Made by a program: the position numbers and the translations under genes
The notes under the pieces: model-generated
The model's database searches: none
What the model saw: only the letters and a program-made list of their open reading frames with translations
Told to the model about the DNA's origin: nothing
Shown here: in pieces, positions 60,646 to 64,000 of the stretch
Layout: each line of letters opens with the position of its first letter
How positions within the stretch are numbered: the stretch's first letter is position 1
NCBI GenBank assembly: GCA_964353135.1
Contig: CAYGTV010000002.1
Location: forward strand, 1,125-65,124
Direction of reading: 5' to 3'
Source: an uncultured Candidatus Saccharibacteria bacterium
Lineage (GTDB): Bacteria; Patescibacteriota; Minisyncoccia; Phycocordibacterales; UBA918
Length of the DNA: 64,000 bases

Positions 60646-60792
60646 GTGTGCTGAGAGACGAGAAAAGAGCGAGTATATCGCCCGGAGCGCAGCGAGGACG
60701 ATTCGAGCGTCGGGGTCGAGTAGCACAACAGTTTGGAGTCGTCAGACGAACAAGTGTTGATGCGTAGGTGACCGAGTCTCTCAGCGTGCACA
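60646..60792. mobile_element. palindromic element ending in a duplicate of the tRNA-Val 3' end
   Basis: cgagtctctcagcgtgcaca (60773-60792) matches 59046-59065 at 19/20; inverted gctgagagac at ~60650. Confidence 0.7.
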
Positions 60793-60840
60793 GACAAATA
60801 GAACTATCGTCAGGTAGTTCTATTTTGATATAGTATTTCT

Positions 60841-61293
60841 ATGAACCCAACCACCTACCGAAAGATCGAGACAGTAGATGAAATAGACATATTACTCGGA
60901 AAAGAGTCACAATATGATGATTTTTGTTATCGCTATGAAATGGATACTATTAATCTGCTAAAAAATAACTTCCAACTTGAAGACAGCTTATATCTCTTCG
61001 CACTACAGGACGACGAATTTGCAGGTTTCGTCTCTTGCGATACTGACTGGTGGGAGCCGAATTCTTTTTTCCTGCGAGAAATATTTGTCGATCCAGAGTA
61101 TCAAGGCAAACATATCGGTTCGACTTTAATACAAAAATGCATAGACCATGCAAAAGCTAAGAGTGGTAAAACTCTAGTAACACAAACAGCATACGAAAAT
61201 ATTCCCATGCAAAAAATATGCGAATCCTTTGGATTTATGCAATGGGAAAACCCACAATGGGCTGAAGGTATCACCTATAAACTTCATTTATAA
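60841..61293 (+). CDS. GNAT acetyltransferase
   Basis: IFVDPEYQGKHIG, ENIPMQK.CE.FGF. Confidence 0.9.
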   Translation: MNPTTYRKIETVDEIDILLGKESQYDDFCYRYEMDTINLLKNNFQLEDSLYLFALQDDEFAGFVSCDTDWWEPNSFFLREIFVDPEYQGKHIGSTLIQKCIDHAKAKSGKTLVTQTAYENIPMQKICESFGFMQWENPQWAEGITYKLHL

Positions 61294-61295
61294 AA

Positions 61296-61322
61296 GTTCT
61301 AACGTCGTCCCACATGATGCAC
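61296..61322. repeat. tRNA-Val array junction, copy 3
   Basis: gttctaacgtcgtcccacatgatgcac (1 mismatch); minus strand encodes CIMWDDVRTFINE. Confidence 0.85.
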
Positions 61323-61327
61323 CGGCG

Positions 61328-61690
61328 TTACCGATGGCAAACTACTTCTATATTGTGTCCATTAGGATCAGTAATAAACGCAGCGTAGTAATTAGGATGA
61401 TACATTTCACGCACCCCTGGTTTTCCATTATCAGTTCCACCCGCTGCAATCGCAGCTTCGTAAAAAGCATCCACTTGTTCCCGTGAATTAGCCTGCCAGG
61501 CAATGTGAATAATTTGTTCGCAGCCGTGGCCGTGTAGCCAGGTGTCCATTTTCTGTCCAATCCCTAACCCTGCAGCTTTCATGTCTGGAAAATCCATAAC
61601 TAACTCATAGTTAAGCGGGGCCAAAGCTGCTAGATAAAATTTCTTACTCTCTTCGATGTCATGTACATGAACTGTGGTGTGATCAATCAT
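61328..61690 (-). CDS. VOC/glyoxalase family protein
   Basis: MIDH, HIA..A..RE.VD.FY, GG.DNG.PG.R..YHP.YYAAF..DP.G..IE. Confidence 0.92.
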   Translation of the reverse strand: MIDHTTVHVHDIEESKKFYLAALAPLNYELVMDFPDMKAAGLGIGQKMDTWLHGHGCEQIIHIAWQANSREQVDAFYEAAIAAGGTDNGKPGVREMYHPNYYAAFITDPNGHNIEVVCHR

Positions 61691-61717
61691 ATTATTTTCT
61701 TAGTTTATAACTCCTAG

Positions 61718-61957
61718 TTACCGGGTAAAAATTCGAGCTACCGAAATCAATATCACTGCCCCGATAGCGGCGGTAAAGATGTCACCTAAAATTCCACCAA
61801 ACAGCGAAACTCCAAAATATCCAAACAGCCAGTTTCCAAACAGTCCACCAATAATCCCCAGAATCACACTAGAAATAAGCCCGTTTTTTGAACTAGTAAC
61901 GAGACTTGCCAATATACCAGCAACCCCACCAATCACGATCATCCATACGTATTCCAT
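61718..61957 (-). CDS. GlsB/YeaQ/YmgE transglycosylase-associated membrane protein
   Basis: IG..AG.LA, LGIIG..G, A.IGAVIL. Confidence 0.85.
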   Translation of the reverse strand: MEYVWMIVIGGVAGILASLVTSSKNGLISSVILGIIGGLFGNWLFGYFGVSLFGGILGDIFTAAIGAVILISVARIFTR

Positions 61958-62108
61958 ATCTAAAATATTATCTAACAACACTACTATTTATTAACTGATT
62001 ATAACGTATCCGATGCAAACTGTTCACAACTCATTTGACCAGTTGTCAAAGCGGGCGTATTTTACAAATATGCTACTACAACGTAGCGGATAGTATGGAG
62101 TAGACGTC

Positions 62109-62258
62109 ATGTCTGAACGTCAAAAAAGAGACATGGTGAATCGTGCAATTGGTGCTGTTGCGACCATTCTAGGTGAAAAAGTTTGTCACTGGAGAAGCCC
62201 TCGCCCCGCCCCATCAGATTTTCTCCCGTCAGGTCAGCTAGACAGCTGTGATATCTGA
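62109..62258 (+). CDS. possible 49-aa small protein (MSERQKRDMV...)
   Basis: GGAG upstream; hairpin aaagcg.cccaa/ttgggacgcttt downstream. Confidence 0.35.
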   Translation: MSERQKRDMVNRAIGAVATILGEKVCHWRSPRPAPSDFLPSGQLDSCDI

Positions 62259-62371
62259 GCACATTCCCACAAAGAAAGCGCCCCAACATTCACATCATTA
62301 TTTTCGATTGATTGGGACGCTTTTTCTTTTACCTATTTTTTCTATAGCAAATTTCTGGTACAGTTACCCCT

Positions 62372-62446
62372 GCCCCTGTAGTTTAATGGATAAAACGAGA
62401 GGCTTCTATCCTTTTGATCCGGGTTCGATTCCTGGTGGGGGCACCA
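62372..62446 (+). tRNA. tRNA-Arg (TCT)
   Basis: gcccctg/tgggggc acceptor, agagg-ctTCTat-ccttt, ggttcgattcc, ends ACCA. Confidence 0.92.
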
Positions 62447-63932
62447 ACGACGAACTGTCAGCTACATATTGCTGATATACGCTGTAAATAGGCGACAATT
62501 TAGCGGTTCCAAATCCATCATTTTTTGTATACTCTAAACTGCCTTCAAATATAGAGTTTTGGAACCGCAAGCGTTTATCAGGCTGCTTTGCCAGTTGCTG
62601 CCATGTCTTTGCAGTAGCAGTTACGGACGCCATACAGTGATTGAGACACTCTTCAAAGTTAGACGAGCTTACATCAGAACTAACCAACTGTGATTGCAGC
62701 ATATTTAACTCTTCTTCTATTTCCCTCTTTCGATCGGTGAAGTCTGATTTGCTATAAGTCCCCTCTTCAAAGTTATCAAAGACCCGTTTCTTTTTAAGTT
62801 CTAACTTTTCTAGTTTTCGTCTGACCGTCTGATTTTTTTGTTCAGCATTAGAAGTGTTTTCTTTATAGATTTCAATACAGATCTCTTTAAAAGCGTTAGC
62901 AAATTCAATAGTCGGGTTTATTTCTTCTAGGAAAGATACAAATGAGTCTTCTAGCTCTTTTTTCTTGATAGATACTGCATACGGACAGTCTTGTTTGTGA
63001 TGATGGTAGTACTGGTGTTTCTTTCCACCACGGCCAGTAGAAGCACTTCCAGTGAGCGGCTTTGTACACCAACTACATACAACCAGTCGACGTAGTGGGT
63101 ATTCAGGATTTATTTCTACACGTTTAGAACCTTTATGCTTACGACCACTTTCCTGGCACGCGAAAAATAGTTCTCTAGTGATTAAGGGTTCATGTTGACC
63201 AACCACTTCTATTCCCCACTGATCGTTCTTAATGGTTCCATAGTAAAGATGGTTATTGAGCATGTGTTGAACAGTTTGGAATCCAACCTTTTTACCAGAA
63301 GCAGACCTAAAACCGTTTTCATATAAAAGAACCGACAGACTTTTATATGTATGGATTCCTTTAGCCCATTCTTCAAAGGCAATCTTTACAAATACTGCAT
63401 CAGAACTAGGAACCATGACTCCACCCTTTTCTTCTCGTTTGTATCCTATAGGCGCACCCCACACCCATACGCCTTTTTTAAGTTTCTCCTTCATTCCATT
63501 AACACTTCGTTCAGTACGAATACTATTATCAAATTCAGCAAATGAGGAGAGTATATTTTCCATCAAACGACCAGAGGAAGTGCTATCAATAGGTTCGGTT
63601 ACAGAACGTAGTTCAACGCCGTATTGTTTTAGTTTAGTACGAACGGCAACGTGATCATCTTGGTTGCGAGCAAAGCGATCTAGTTTATATACAAGGAAAT
63701 AGTTTATTTTGTTTTTCTTTTGAGCACAGAATGAAATAGCTTTCAAAAATTGGGGACGATCAGCAGTTTTAGCCGACTCACCACGATCAACATACACTTC
63801 AGACACTTCAATTCCCTGACGCTCTGCGTATTCACGACACATTCGTTCTTGAGATTCTAGACTAGTACCTTCTACTTGTTCTAGTGAAGAAACGCGACAG
63901 TATATTACTCCTTTACTCATTGTTTGTATCAT
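62406..63932 (-). CDS. large serine recombinase (integrase) whose C-terminus runs antisense through tRNA-Arg
   Basis: YCRVSS catalytic Ser, D.G.SAKT..RP, KLDRFARN, recombinase domain, CSWC zinc ribbon, coiled coil; ends LVPPPGIEPGSKG. Confidence 0.95.
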   Translation of the reverse strand: MIQTMSKGVIYCRVSSLEQVEGTSLESQERMCREYAERQGIEVSEVYVDRGESAKTADRPQFLKAISFCAQKKNKINYFLVYKLDRFARNQDDHVAVRTKLKQYGVELRSVTEPIDSTSSGRLMENILSSFAEFDNSIRTERSVNGMKEKLKKGVWVWGAPIGYKREEKGGVMVPSSDAVFVKIAFEEWAKGIHTYKSLSVLLYENGFRSASGKKVGFQTVQHMLNNHLYYGTIKNDQWGIEVVGQHEPLITRELFFACQESGRKHKGSKRVEINPEYPLRRLVVCSWCTKPLTGSASTGRGGKKHQYYHHHKQDCPYAVSIKKKELEDSFVSFLEEINPTIEFANAFKEICIEIYKENTSNAEQKNQTVRRKLEKLELKKKRVFDNFEEGTYSKSDFTDRKREIEEELNMLQSQLVSSDVSSSNFEECLNHCMASVTATAKTWQQLAKQPDKRLRFQNSIFEGSLEYTKNDGFGTAKLSPIYSVYQQYVADSSSLVPPPGIEPGSKG

Positions 63933-64000
63933 ACATTTCTAAGAATCAGCGTCTATAGGTTCGGACCCCAATGCGAATTTGGAATCATTTCTATCTTGGT

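Overview
A 64-kb chromosomal segment, most consistent with a Patescibacteria/CPR (Parcubacteria-like) bacterium using the standard code with TGA as stop. The taxonomic call is inferred from gene content: alpha2-type GlyRS, IleRS with an inserted histidine-phosphatase domain, DUF2914 and DUF11 membrane proteins, a CofE-like protein, and core genes without Shine-Dalgarno sites. Bases 1-29.5 kb are mostly core genes: metG, glyQS, recO, ileS, argS, a glyA/tmk/thyX/dcd thymidylate cluster, rplK-nusG-secE, an RNR pair and mscL. Bases 29.8-55.2 kb are an accessory region between convergent tRNA-His and tRNA-Leu genes. Bases 55.3-58.7 kb are core again. Bases 59-64 kb hold accessory DNA at tRNA-Val and an intact large serine recombinase inserted in tRNA-Arg. 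There are two main findings. (1) Downstream of both tRNA-His and tRNA-Val, short cargo units of 1-5 genes are separated by repeated modular junctions. Each junction has a left arm, a core matching the tRNA 3' end, and often a right arm. The arms translate on the minus strand into conserved peptides resembling serine-recombinase C-termini, which suggests an integrase-less, tRNA-anchored, integron-like cassette array. (2) One cassette carries an apparent ~124-nt non-coding RNA. It reproduces the 16S rRNA 3' decoding-site/helix-45 sequence and ends in a tRNA-like hairpin with ACCA. All coordinates and translations were read by eye; no database searches were run.
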